DNA from: the human T2T-CHM13v2.0 reference genome, Homo sapiens
Length of the DNA: 64,000 bases
Direction: 5' to 3' (one strand)
Assembly: GCF_009914755.1 (NCBI RefSeq)
Contig: NC_060930.1
The notes under the pieces were generated by a model. It ran no database searches. It was not told the DNA's origin and saw nothing but the letters and a program-made list of their open reading frames with translations. Shown piece by piece: positions 1-13,695 of this stretch. A program made the position numbers and the translations under genes. Each line of letters starts with the position of its first letter. Within the stretch, counting starts at the first letter, position 1.

Positions 1-64
1 AAGAAGGGAGGGAAGGAGGGAGGGAGGGAGGGAGGGAGGGAGGGAGGGAGGGGAAGGGAAGGGA
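1..64 (+). repeat. (GGGA)n purine microsatellite, G-quadruplex/H-DNA capable
   Basis: gggagggagggag... run at window start. Confidence 0.9.
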
Positions 65-699
65 CAGAGAGTCCAAAATTTTCATTGGACTTAATCAAAG
101 ATGATTGGGACATTAAAAGATCCTACCTTACTGAGCCTACCCTGGAAGGTGTTTTTAATTTTCATATTAATTAAAAATAGGTGCTTATGGACTTTCTTTG
201 ATTACTAAGCACTATGACTTTAAAAGAGGATAGGCTATTAAATTCTATGTAATTTATTTTTTCTACAAACAGGAAAGTGCTGAAACTCAAAGAATCTCAT
301 GATATTATTAAAGACATTGAAAACACTTCCAAAATTTTCTTAGCGCTACAAAGGCAATTCATAATTCTTGACATAAAATCCAAGAAAAATGTTCAGGGAA
401 GAGGAGAAGAAAAATGCAAGAGCAATAGCAGAATAATTTCTTAACTTTTAATAAACCACACTTATGCCAGGCTCTGCCTAGATTCTAACAAAGCCATGCT
501 GAAATCAAGGTTGAGTGCACATCCATGCACATGTGAGTGTGCATGAGTGTGTGCGTATGTTTACAGTAGTACATCAGAATCTAAAAAAAGGACATGTGTG
601 GTAGTCCTAAATAGTTTCAAATATAAACTACATTTGATTTAGAAAGGAACACACGTCTCCTGTTCCTGTATTGAGAATCTACTATAAAATGATAGGTTT

Positions 700-870
700 G
701 GCCAGGCGTGACGGCTCATGCGTGTAATCTCAGCACTTTGGGAGGCTGAGATGGGAGGACTGCTTGAAGCCAGGATTTCAAGAATAGCCTGGGAAACATA
801 GTGAGACCCCATCTCTATTAAAAAATATATATATTTTACTAAATCAAATTTTAAAAATTAAAAATATTAA
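700..870 (+). mobile_element. FLAM/AluJ-type left monomer with degenerate A tail
   Basis: GGCCAGGCGTG...GAGACCCCATCTCT single monomer; TSD ataaaatg(a/g)taggt at 684-697 and 871-884. Confidence 0.85.
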
Positions 871-1156
871 ATAAAATGGTAGGTAATAACTATCATGCTA
901 CTTGTTAGGGCAGGAATCAGTTAAAAATAGCAGTCAAGCAACTTAAAGGAAATGCATTGTTTCTAGAGACAAGATAATGACCCCAGTAACACAGTAGTAA
1001 GAATCATTGAAATTTAAGGGGTAAATCTCACAAATCTGTTTCTTATTCATATTTATGTAAAACTTGCTTCAAGTAGCAAGACTAGTATTAATAAAATTAA
1101 CAATAATCTTATTAGTTGGAGTATCACTACCAATGAGTATGGAAAGTGAAGAAATT

Positions 1157-4100
1157 GATATATAGGCCCTGGAAAATGGACGAATAAAAGCAGATGCCAT
1201 CTGTGGCACTTAAGGAGAGGAACGAAGGCAGAGAGTGAATTCAGCATCTTCCACTGAAATATCCAGGTTCTCACACTGGGACTGACTAGGCAAACAGCTC
1301 AACCCACGGAAAATGAAGAAAAGCAGGGTGGGGCGATGGCCCACTTCGGGGAGACATGAAGCCAAAGGAAGCCCCACTCCCAGCCAGGGGAAGCGGTGAG
1401 GAATTATGTAACCCTGCCCCGGGGAAACCACGCTTCTCCCGTAAATATTTGCAACCTGCAGATCAGGAGATCCCCTTGTAAGTTCAGGCTACTAGGGCCT
1501 TGGGTCCAATACACAGAGCTGTGTGATGTCCCAGCAGAGCAACCACTTAAGTACACACAGACACTCAGGAGTTTTGTATACTCTGGACCCGGGATTCCCA
1601 GGGAGGGTCACTACATACTCCTAGGAGCGGGGCTGAATACAGGGAGCCAAGCAGTGTTGTTCTGCAGGCCCCACTTCGAGGGCACTTCACAAGTTAAGAC
1701 CAACTGGCTTGGAATTCCAGCCAGACAGTGCTGACAGGCTGACAGGCTCCGTCCACCTAAGAAGGACGGAGTTCCCCAGGGAAGGGGTGGTTGCCATCTC
1801 TGTGGTTCAGTCAACTCAATTTGAATTTGAAATAGAATCCCTGGATAGACCAATGACAAATTCTGAAATTGAGGCACTAATAAATAGCCTACAAACCAAA
1901 ATAAAGCCCAGGATCAGATGGATTGACAGCTGAATTCTACCAGAGGTACAAAGAAGAGCTGGTACCATTTCTACGGAAACTAATCCAAAAAATTAAGAAG
2001 GCGGGATTCTTCCCTACCTCTTTCTATAAGGCCAGCATCATCCTAAATACCAAAACTTGACAGAGATACAACAGACAAAAGAAAACTTCAGGCCAACATC
2101 CTTAATGAACATCTATGTAAAAATCCTCAACAAAATACTGTTAAACCGAATCCAGCAGCATATCAAAAAGCTTATCCACCATGATCAAGTTGGCTTCTTC
2201 CCCGGGATGCAAGGTTGGTTCAACATACACAAATAAATAAATGTGATTCATCACATAAACAGAACTAAAGACAAAAAAACAAAAACAAAAACAAAAACAC
2301 ATGATTATCGCAATAGATGCAGAAAAGGACTTCAATGGAATTCAATATCTCTTCAGGTTAAAAACTCTCAATAAACCAATGGAAAAGACTTCAAAACAGT
2401 AACAGCCATATATGACAAACCCACAGGCAAAATCGGCAATATCATGCTGATTGGGCAAAAGCTGGAAGCATTCCCCTTGAAAACCAGTACAAGACAAGGA
2501 CGTCATCTCTCACCACTCCTATTCAACATAGTATTGAAAGTTCTGGCCAGGGCAATCAGGCAAGACAAAGAAATAAAGAGTATTTGAATAGGAAGAGAGG
2601 AAGTTGAATTATCTTTATTTGCAGATGACATGATCCTATACCTAGAAAACCCCATCACCTCAGCCTAAAAGCTTCTTAAGCTGATAAGCAACTTCAGCAA
2701 AGTCTCAGGATAATCAATGTGAAAAAATTGCTAGCAGTCCTATACCCCAACAAGAGGCAAGCACAGAGCCAAATTCTGAGTAAACTCCCATTCACAATTG
2801 CTACAAAGAGAATAAAATGCCTAGAAATACAGCTAACAAGGGAAGTGGAAGACCTCTTCAAGGAAAACTACAAACCACTCCTCCAAGAAATCAGAGAGGA
2901 CACAAACAAATGGGAAACATTCCATGCTCATGGACAGGAAGAATCAATGTCATGAAAATGGCCATACTGCCTAAAGTAATTTATAGATTCAATAGCATTC
3001 CCATTAGACTACTATTGATGTTCCTCATAAAATTAGAAAAAAACTATTTTAAAATTCATATGGAACCAAAAAAGATCCTAAATAGCCAAGACAATCCAAA
3101 GCAAAATGAACAAAGCTGGAGGCATCATACTACCCAACTTCTAGCTACAGTATAAGGCTACAGTAACCAAAACAGCATAGTATTGATACAAGAACAAACA
3201 CATAGACCAGTGGAACAGAATAGAGAATTCAAAAATAAGACTATCCACCTACAACCATCTGATCTTTGACAAACCTGAAAAAACAAGCAATGGGGAGAGG
3301 ATTCCCTATTTAATAAATGGTGCTGGGAGAACTGGCTAGCCAAATGCAGAAAATTGAAACTGGACCCCTTCCTTAAAACATATACAAAAATTAACCCAAG
3401 ATGATTAAAGACTTAAATGTAAAACTCAAAACTATAAAAAGCCTAGAAGGAAATCTAGGCAATACCATTCAGGACATAGGCATGGATAAAGATTTCATGA
3501 TGAAGACACCAAAAGAAATCTCAACAAAAGCAAAAATTGACAAATGGGATCTAACGAAAGAACTTCTGCACAGCAAAAGAAATTAACATCAGAGTGAACA
3601 AACAACCTACAAAATGGGAGAAAATTTTTGCAATCTATCCATCTGACAAAAGTCTAATATCCAGAGTTTATAAGGAACTTAAGCGAATTTACAAGAAGAA
3701 AACAACTCCATTAAAAAGTAGGCAAAGGACATGAACAGACATTTCTCAAAAGAAGACATATAGGCAGCCAACAAACATGAAAAAAAAAAAAGATCAACAT
3801 CACTGATCATTAGAGTAATGCAAATCAAAACCACAAAGAGATACCATCTCATATCAGTCAGAATGGTGATTATCGAAGAGTCAAAAACAACAGATGCTGG
3901 CAAGGGTGTGGAGAAAAAGGAATGCTTATAAACTGTTGGAATGTAAATTAGCTCAACCCTTGCGGAAGACAGTGTGGCAATTCCTCAGAGACCTAGAGGC
4001 AGAAATACCATTTGACCCAGAAATCCCTCTACTGGGTATATACCCAAAAGAATGGAATCATTCTTTTATAAAGATACATGCATGTGTGTGTTCATTGCAG

Positions 4101-4566
4101 CACTATTCGCAATAGCAAAGACATGCAATCAACCTAGATGCCCATAAATGACCCACTGGATAAAGAAAATGTGGTACATGTATACCATGAAATACCATGC
4201 AACCATACAAAGGAATTGGACCATGTCCTTTGCAGGGACATGGAGAGACTTGGAAGCTATTATCCTCAGCAAACTAATGCAAGAACAGAAAACCAAACAC
4301 CACATTCCGCACTTATAAGTGATAGCTGAATAATGAGAACACATGGATACATGGAGGGGAACAACACACACTGGGGCCTGTTGGATGGAAGTATGCGGGG
4401 GAGGGAGAGCATCAGGAAGAGCGGCTAATGGATTCTGAGCTTAATACCTAGGTGATGGGACAATCTGTGCAGCAAACCACCATGGGACACATTTATGTAT
4501 GTAACAAACCTGCACATCCTGCACATGTACCCCTGAACTTAAAAGTTGAAGAAAAACAAAAGGAAA
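1157..4566 (+). mobile_element. Old primate L1PA (about L1PA10-16) with 5'UTR joined directly to mid-ORF2; decayed
   Basis: L1 5'UTR-like sequence 1165-1818; ORF2 remnants ([56 protein letters not shown]); L1PA 3'UTR; 15-bp TSD gaaagtgaagaaatt at 1142-1156 and 4567-4581. Confidence 0.92.
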
Positions 4567-4590
4567 GAAAGTGAAGAAATTTCAAGAAAA

Positions 4591-4928
4591 GGCCAGGCGT
4601 GGTGGCTCACGCCTATAATCCCAGCATTTTGGGAGGCTAAGATGGGTGGATCACCATCTTAGGATGGTGTTTGAGGTCCAGGTCAGGAGTTTGAGACCAA
4701 ACATGGCCAATATGGCGAAACCCCATCTCTATTAAAAATACACAAAAATTGGGAGTGGTGGGGGGCACCTGTAATCCCAGTTACTTGAGAGGTGGAGGCA
4801 GGAGAGTTGCTCGAACCTGGGAGGCAGAGGTTCTAGTGAGCCAAGATTGTGCCACTGAACTCTAGCCTGGACAACACAGTGAGAATCTGCATCACAGACC
4901 AAAAAAAAAAAAAAAAAAAAAAAAAAAA
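4591..4928 (+). mobile_element. AluS (Sx-like) with small internal insertion
   Basis: Full dimer, poly(A) 4901-4928. Confidence 0.92.
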
Positions 4929-7900
4929 TTCAAGTTAAAAAATATAAGAGTGGGAGAAAATGTCCCTAGGGACATGCCCTGCTTATTGACATATTTCATT
5001 CAAAAGATAAGTCACATTTCCAGATAACTTCTTATTTTCCATATAGTTGTTAGTAACTGAATCTGGAATAGACTTTCTTAGTTAGAAATACAAAAACATA
5101 AACAGAAGCTTTATTTGCTTCTTGGACCCTCATGGAAAGAGGCTGGTGGAGAAAAAAGAAATTATGTTATAATTTGAAAACTAGATATTACCATAGTTAC
5201 ATATGGCACTATAACCCCCTAAAGAGTATGCATCTTAGTCATTTTATTAGCAATAAATCCAATAATTAACACATGGTGATCCTCAAATATGTTAATCAAA
5301 TCAATGAATATATAGGGTTTTTATGTCAATAATAAAATATTATTATTTAAAGTGACTTAAAGAGAAGGTAAAGAGAAAAAAGTCTGGTGATATTTAAAAC
5401 AAACTCTTTTATTTTAGTATATCAGAAACATATTATAAGAATCAAAGAGAACACACAGATTCAGCAAGAAGGCACACTTCCATCACCCAGCAGAAAGATA
5501 CATGCTGCTAATAATAAAGGGTGTTCATTAAAAAAAAAAAAAAAAAAAATCAGAGTGTCTTACACTGTTCCTAAGCCATTCAGTCAAGGCACTGGTAACA
5601 ACAAAACACTTTATTCTCAGTATAAAAAAAGGATTATCAGTATTAATTGTTAAAACTCGCTGTAGATAAACTAGATACTTAAAAATATATAGGCAGATAA
5701 GGCAAGAAAATAGAAAATTTAAGTGTTAGAGATTACTCTTTAAAAAGAATTATGATACATTTTTTGTGTTCATCTCAAAAGTAGCTTCATATAATACCAT
5801 AGGCACAAAATGATGAAAGGTCACTGATGTATTGCCAACTCATTTTTATGAGATAAATTCAATTATAATTGCTGTGACTATTCCAGCCACAATGTAGACA
5901 TAGAATCCAATTATCTATTTCATTTTCATTTATACCTCATGGGCTAGATCATTTATCATGTTTCATGATAATGATCAGAAGACACATGGAAAGTGATTTC
6001 TGGAGGTAACAAATTACCTTCCATATTAGCATAGCTTACAAGTTCCTGTCAACAACTACTATGCATAAATATGAGGTAATTAAATTTACAATGTGAAGGA
6101 GTGTTTGATATGCTACTTGCTTCCTTCACAGCTGCCAAAAATCTGGGTTGCTAAGTGCAGCAAAACCCTTTGGTTGCAAATCAGGAATCATTATGCCCCA
6201 GAACCCCAACAGGTAGATGGTGTGCTCGGGCTCAAGGTGCTGAGATGCATCTTTCATCATCTGGTATTATTACTTCTTACCACCAAGCCATCCATCATTA
6301 CTGCTGAGACAGCTTGAAATGATTGTCCTGGACTCTCACATTACTGCTCCTTGAACTCTATCTCATCCATCTTTTGCATCATTCCTGATTCACAGCTAAG
6401 TACCCTCTCCCCGCTACAAAATCAAGTGTGAACTATAGTGCCTTTCACCTACAGTGCTTCTCTAATAGTGATTGACTTCTCTTTATTATGGAGCTACTGT
6501 TCAGAAAAGACTATCCATGATTGCTGATGGTTGATTTTTAAAAAATCAGACGTACAGAATTCAATAGTTTTAGGAAAATGCACTCATTTACATGCAAGTT
6601 AGGCTTCAAAATTGCATTAGTATTTCTATTTGAATATTTATCTATAAACCTCAGCAACACAAACATAGACAGATACAGATGCCTCTGAGTGTACAGATAT
6701 ACACAAAAAGAAAAGATAGCCTGTACCATATATACAAAAGCAGTGTTTCAATCTGAAAATTATTAATCAGAATTTCAAAAACGTTTCACAATAAAATTCA
6801 AAACCTTAAGGTATCTAATATGTTGAAATTATAAAATATGTTTAAGTGACACAATGCAAACAAAAGAGGGATTTAAAGTTAGATGCAAGAATATAAGTGA
6901 AAACTTCCTTTAAATTAAGTATCTTACCCACCCATTTTTCCCCTTTTCACTGACGCTAAGAGATCCTTCAAAATGATACCGGTAACACAGTGGTTGGTGT
7001 CCCATAAACTATCCAAGACTAAAGGTTTTAATTCAGCTCCATCTGAATGTTGTTATAAAAGTTTAATAAATCAAAATGATCAAAATGTTCTCGGTGGCAG
7101 ATTGGGATTCAGTTTCCAATTCAAATTCTCTTTAATATATGGCTTCTCTGACATCTCGCATTTCTACCATCCATGTTGAATTCCAAACACCCTGCTTTAC
7201 ATCTTTACCATGCATCAACCAGTCTGATCATGGTAACTGCTTTTTAGCAATCCTGCACAGTACACAGAAATGCCAAATTGAGTGGGGATTTTAACACAGG
7301 AAGATTATGTCAGGTGGGAACTCTTTATCTACCCTTAAGTAAATATTTTCAAACCACCCACTACAGTGAATGACATTCTTTGAGAATGAGAAATGCTGTT
7401 AGCCAAAAGTCCTACACCCTCAAAAAAAAAAAAAAAAAATTCCCTCTCCCAACCCTTTAAAACATTGATGTAGGAAAAAGGTCCAGGAGCATTATTATCA
7501 GGAGCAATAAAATTCTGAAGAGAAAGTAGAGAAGCCTGTAGAGAGTTTGCTTTATTTCTATGAAGTAAAAAGTTTTACAAAGAAGAGGAAAAAGATTTCC
7601 ACTTAACCGACAACCAAAATACAGTCAGGAATCTACATGAAGCAGTGGGGGATATCTTTCCACATGATATATCTTACATGTGTTTTTATATGCAGATAAT
7701 GTCAGCAATAAAAAAGACATCATATTTAACTGCCTGGTTTCTCTTTCTAAATTTTCCATTTAGTTAAAAAACTGTGCTTTCATCCACAGTTAAACAACAT
7801 GAAAAATTCCAATAATATAGGCTAAAGGCTATGAAATGGAAACTTAGGAAATACAAATAATTTCTATGCACTAAGCACCTATTGTTCAATTCATCCTGTA

Positions 7901-8734
7901 TTGAGTCTTTACTTAATGCCCTATGATTAGTTTAAGGCTTACCCACATTCCTAAAGATTTTAAAACTGGATATGTTCCTAGCACCCCAATCGAAAGTTTA
8001 CAATTAAACTTAACATCTATGCTCTCAAATGAGTTCTTCTACAAGGCTTCCAAATCTCTGACCATAATACCACATTTTATCCAATATCCCAAACAAAAAT
8101 CTAGAAGTCTCCTTTGACTTCTCCTCCTACTGTCATTACACAATGCTTTAACAACATTGCTGCCTAATCTCTCATCCTTGACTCATTCTTTCTACCATAA
8201 CCACCCCCCCCAGGAACACTTATCACTTATCATCTCAAGTTTTTAAAATTGTAAGAGCCCCCTTAACTTACTCCCTAAAAACGCGCCATTTTCCACATCA
8301 TCTGGTATCCTGGTTTTCTGAGACAGATAATATGTAAGTAACCTACTTCAAAACTCCTAAAGGTTCCCAAATTAAATAACACAATGCATTTATATTTCTT
8401 AGTCTGGCACTCAAATTGTTCCACAGTAAGGCCTCAAAGTACAATTTCAGGATCATCTCAGATGTTTTCAGTGGAAAACACTGTGTTACAGTCAATATTT
8501 ACTGCTAGTTCACAAGAACATGTTTTCCAGTGCCAGTCCCTCTACCCAGAATGCCCTTTACTTATCTTCCACTATCCAAATGCTACCCACCCATCAAGAG
8601 TCCGATGGAACTTCCCATCCTCCTCAGCACATCCCCTGACCATTAAAAGGCAGCCACGAGGCTGCCCTCCTCATTCTACACATTAAATTCATGTCATTCA
8701 TATGGCACTTTATACCTCACTATTTTTGTTTTTT

Positions 8735-9290
8735 TGACAATATTTGATGAGACCTGCTAGACTTTGATCATGGTATTGGCTACAGAGATCCAATCATGAG
8801 TGAGCAAAAGGAAAGGGGTCCCTAAGTACATCAGTCTCATGGAGGAGACAGATGTTATGAATGCAGTTATATTTTGAAGGAGCAGGGTGATTAGAAAAAG
8901 CCAAGACCCTAAGGCATGAGAGATCATGGTATGTTAAAGCAAGTGAAAGAAAACCAGTGTTGCTAGAGTTTAGTGAGCAAAGGAGAGTCTTATGAAGGAC
9001 TGAAGGGGGTGAGCCCAGCTAAAAGCCTAGGAGCAAGCAGGGCCTTGGAGCTGTGATGAGGCAGCTGGAATTTATACCGCAAGAACAGGAAGCTGCCAGT
9101 GCCAGGGGGAGCATATTCTGACTTACTGTGTCATACAGTCACTCTGGCTTCTGTGTGAAGACTGCCTTGGAGAAGGTAAGCGTTCATGGAGGGAGATCAA
9201 TAAGTAGGTTTTTTATAGAAGTACACGAAAGAGAAGATGGTGACAGAGACAAGTGGTGGCAGTGAGAATAAAGAAAAGTGTGGGGCATTC
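8735..9290 (-). mobile_element. L2 fragment
   Basis: Degenerate reverse L2 3' motifs (aatatttgatgagacctgct...gtctcatggaggagacaga...ggaagctgccagtg). Confidence 0.55.
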
Positions 9291-12200
9291 AAAGGCTATG
9301 CAATAAAATATGAATAACGGAATCTATTTATATACATATTACAAACAAATTTCAGACATACAGATTTCTATTCACTGCATTTCCAACAGCACAAAAATCT
9401 TTGAGACCATTCTCTTGTTATGCATATACTTACTGATAGTAGGCATTACATAAAGATCTTTCAAAAACTTTGACCTAAATAACTCCGGAGGAAAAAAAAA
9501 AAAACAGTAAAACAAAATCAATGAATTCTCTTCTGTACTAGAAAATAATTGCCATTTGGCCTTTAGGTATTTTTGGGGAGGGGGGGTGGGGAATAAGAAG
9601 AAAGCTGAAAGGAATAAGAATGTAAAAGCGTGCATCTATTCAAGAAAAAATACGCGAGGGTGGAAAGAGCAGGAAGTCTAATGCCCAGAGACAGAAGTAT
9701 ACTCGGAAGAGCTGGCTTTGCCTGCTGTGGATCAAGGAAGGAGGTGAGTGATAAAGAACAAATTTGGAGTGGCAGTCAGGGGATATTTCATTTAAGGTCA
9801 CTTAGAACAGGAAAGGACTGTGATTTTTTTTCCCCCTTAATGTGAAGGGAAGCTGCTGGAGGAGGTAGCATGGCAACATGAGAGTAGCCATGGTATCTCC
9901 ATATGTATAAAAAAGACTAATGAAAATCCAGGGGCAATCAGCAATACGTAAATAACCAGGTGGGTAAAATTTCTTCCTAACGAAGGTACAAGTAATTACC
10001 TACTTGCTGTTTTGTTGTTTAATACAAGGACAGATTCTGTGTCATCATAGCTAAATCTATGACTCCAAATCAAGCAACAATAAAGAAAAACAACAAAATA
10101 TTTTCTCAGTTTAGGGCTCAGAAAACAGAAACTGGAGAGCAAAAGAAAGTTATGTGCCTATAACAAGGATAAATTATATCCTAAAGTGTAAAAGTCACTG
10201 TATTTATATACCTTGTAAGAGATGAGAACACATCTATAGGCCATAATTTCTCTAAAAACAAGTATCAGAGCTAAAGTAAAGCCTGTACAAGAAGAGACTG
10301 TTGTATATTTATATTTGAGGAAAGCCGCCATATTTTCTGCCATATTATTTAATTTCTGTCCAGCTCTCCGTCCCCAAATTCTCACTTTTAATACTGAAAT
10401 GTTACAATATTTCCCTTTTTTTCTAAAAATTAATAATCATGAACTAAACACAATCTATGCTGAGGAGTGACAAAGTATTATTTATCTGTATTCATTTGTG
10501 TTGACCTTATACTTGGTTTTAATTCTTGTCAGATTATATTATTTCCTAGAAAGAGGGAAAACATCATTTATCTTAACCCAGATGGGAAAGCAAGCAATTT
10601 CTGTGGTACTATCATAAACTTTGAACAAGCCGGTTTTGATCGACACATTAATAAATAATTACATATTATTATTTGCTTTATTTGTAAGGCTTCTACATAA
10701 CATTTTATGCATTTTTTTGTTTTCTATATATTTCCATGTTTGTATTCTTAGTAACAGTCAGGTTCCTGATCATGCTTTACTGGTCAGCAGAATGTATATT
10801 AGCTAGCTTTTTAAAAGATGTACTGCTTAAGTGGCAAATAATTTATGCTAACTGCAAGACTAAACACAAAAACTCACCTGTAAGTCATATAGTGGTAGAG
10901 AACCCTGCTATTAATGACTCTCTTGAAGATGAAGTGGAGGGGAGAGTGGGAGAGACTCAAGAACTCAAACTAATGAAGTAATGTCCCACTACAACACTTC
11001 TATTGCCATCCTTACTCATTATACCACTAAACACTCTGATTTATCTCCCTGCCCTCACTGATTGATTCCAATTTGTCAACTATAGAGCTTCTGTTCAATT
11101 AACATTCTATAAGACTCTCCCAGTGTAACTTTTTAAAGCCAAATTAGTGCTTAATAAGGGGTTTCAATGAAATAGTTGCTATTTCATTGCAGTTAGAAAA
11201 TAGGTAGACTATTTTTTATTTGTTAGGAAACATTTTTTATTCTTACAGAGTTTAAAATCAAAACCTAAGTCAAAATTCTGTGTCATGATACTCAATAATT
11301 CTACATTTCCTATAGAATTAAATTATGAGATTCTTAAGTACTGAGACTATGTATGCGATTTTTTTGGCATTTGTCTTTATTGAATACTTAACATCATAAT
11401 ATGCACTTGCCTATTACCTCATTAAGAACTCAATAAAGGCTGCTAGCTGATTTTTCAATGAAGTTGCAAATAAACCCAGAAAGACTAAAAAATCTTAGTT
11501 CAAATGGACACTGTTTCTTTATTTTTGGTTTGGGGTAAGAGAAAGAAAAATGATTAACAGATAGGGGAATATAAACTACGAAGACACTCGGGCCATGTAG
11601 TAGATAGGAGTCCCTTGGTAGACGGAAATGGGTCCAAATTACATTTATCACAAACTCCAAGAGAAGAGAATTGAAACTTAGAAAACGTGTACAGGCCTAC
11701 TGTCAACAATCTGAAATAAAATTCCCTTGAGTTCAGCACAAATAATTATTAATGATGCAAATGATTCTGCTTCCTCTTTGATCCTTTTCAAATTCTTAAG
11801 ACGAAAGCTTCATCAAAAGCAAACCCCCAATATTTACTCCAAAGAGCAGTGACCAGTACCCTACCCACTCAACACACAAATTGCCTAGGAAAATAAACTG
11901 AGAAACCTTTAGGGAAAGAACTCTCATCGCATTTTTATTTTAAAAACAAACTGAAAGAAAATAAATAAAATGAAAAAAATCAATCTGACAAACACAACTG
12001 CTGCACTTTACTATCCTTATGGAGTAGCTATAAGGAAACTCAGAAAAGGAGAAAATTAATAGAAAAAAGTATTTGGCATAATGGTGTACAGAAGTGGATC
12101 AAGTAGAGTTTCAGTAATTATATGAAGTCCCAGTCAATATTCATATTAGATTTAAAAGCCATAATTTTTCTACTACTCTTAAATAAACATAGATACTATC

Positions 12201-13670
12201 TTTTTTTTAATACTTTTCAGCTTTGAAAATGTATGTTTAATGGACTATATGAACAATTCAAATGAGTGTCTAGTTTCTGGTTGCACCAAAATATACTATC
12301 TGAAATAAGAACATCTAGCACTCTTTTGCTCATTTAGAATTTAAATATGTACCAGACATCTTGAACACTGAATCACCTGAATTACAAGTAGATAATATGA
12401 ATGAGAGGAGACTCCAAATGTTTCTTTTATCATACTCAAGGGGAGCAAAGTAAAATTTTTAAATATGAGAGATTTGGAGACTCCTCCAAATTTGACACAT
12501 TTGGTATCCACTGGCTGCATGGGCTTTTTTAAATATTTAGGGGTTTTGGGGGGTAAAATTAGTATGTGATTCAGTGTGTTCTGAAATGTTCATTATATTT
12601 CAGTTTTTAGAAAACATAGCTGTTTAAATTACATTCTCCAAGATAATTCCAAACTTCCTGTCAAGATGACCAGTTTTCACAATAGAAGAAAAGGGATCTC
12701 AAGTCACCATTAAGAAAAAGGATCTTTATATGAATTCATGAGCCTAAAAGCTGTGCTAGGGAAACTAGTTAAAAATCAATACTGCATGGTATTAAACAGC
12801 TTGCTAAAGGTCTCAAGCTAGAAATTCCATGGCCCTTAGCCACCAACTAGCAAAACCTTGCTTCTTATATAAAAACACCAAAAAAATTCAGATTTAATTT
12901 TATGTACAAAAAGATTAGAGTACCGGAATAGAATACTGGTCAAATCAATATTATTTTTCAAATGAAAAATATTTACACCAAACTGAAAAGTCACCCTTAA
13001 TAACCCACTTGACAAAGGAAAGAGTCTGGTGTAGACACCACAATTGTCATCATCACTTCCTTTATGCCAGCAAACTTGACTCCATCTGTAGGTGAGAAGA
13101 AATATGTGGTTCATTGCTCATCCCCTACATATGCCAGGGTCAGTCCCACTCCTCTGATTTCAACTAAACAATTTTATTTGTTGATTTTGAGAAAAGTACT
13201 GAATTTCTTCATGTAAATATTGTGCTAGGTGCTGAAGCAAACAAAGATGAACAAGACAGGCTCTGATAGGACATAAACTACAATTACAGTAAAAGCAGAA
13301 TCTGAAAAGTTCTAATAGGTTTTGAATGCTTTCCTTCTTCATATGCATAGTAAATAACTGACATAAAGCAAGTGATTCCATGAACAGTTCACCATTGACC
13401 AAATAAGCTACGATCCTACTGATTACCTATGATTCATACTGTTACTTGACTTAGTATGGTAACACCCTTCTCCAATAGTACCATATTCCAAACTCTGTAT
13501 GTCCTTCAGGATTAAGTTGTACCTTCTCTTGACATTATTTCCTCAGTTACTATCTTATCTGAATAAAATAAACAACTAATTCTGAGTAACACTGTTTACG
13601 CTCTGGAGTCCTGTGTACAAAAGCTCTCTACTGGACATACTAGCTGTTTATCCAATAACCAGTGATGCAT

Positions 13671-13695
13671 TATTATTATTATTATTATTATTATT
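13671..13695 (+). repeat. (ATT)n microsatellite
   Basis: tattattattattattattattatt. Confidence 0.85.

Noticed and set aside
1709-4371. Cluster of ORFs with reverse-transcriptase-element similarity
   Set aside because: Frameshifted L1 ORF2 remnants; not an intact RT or a novel retro-system
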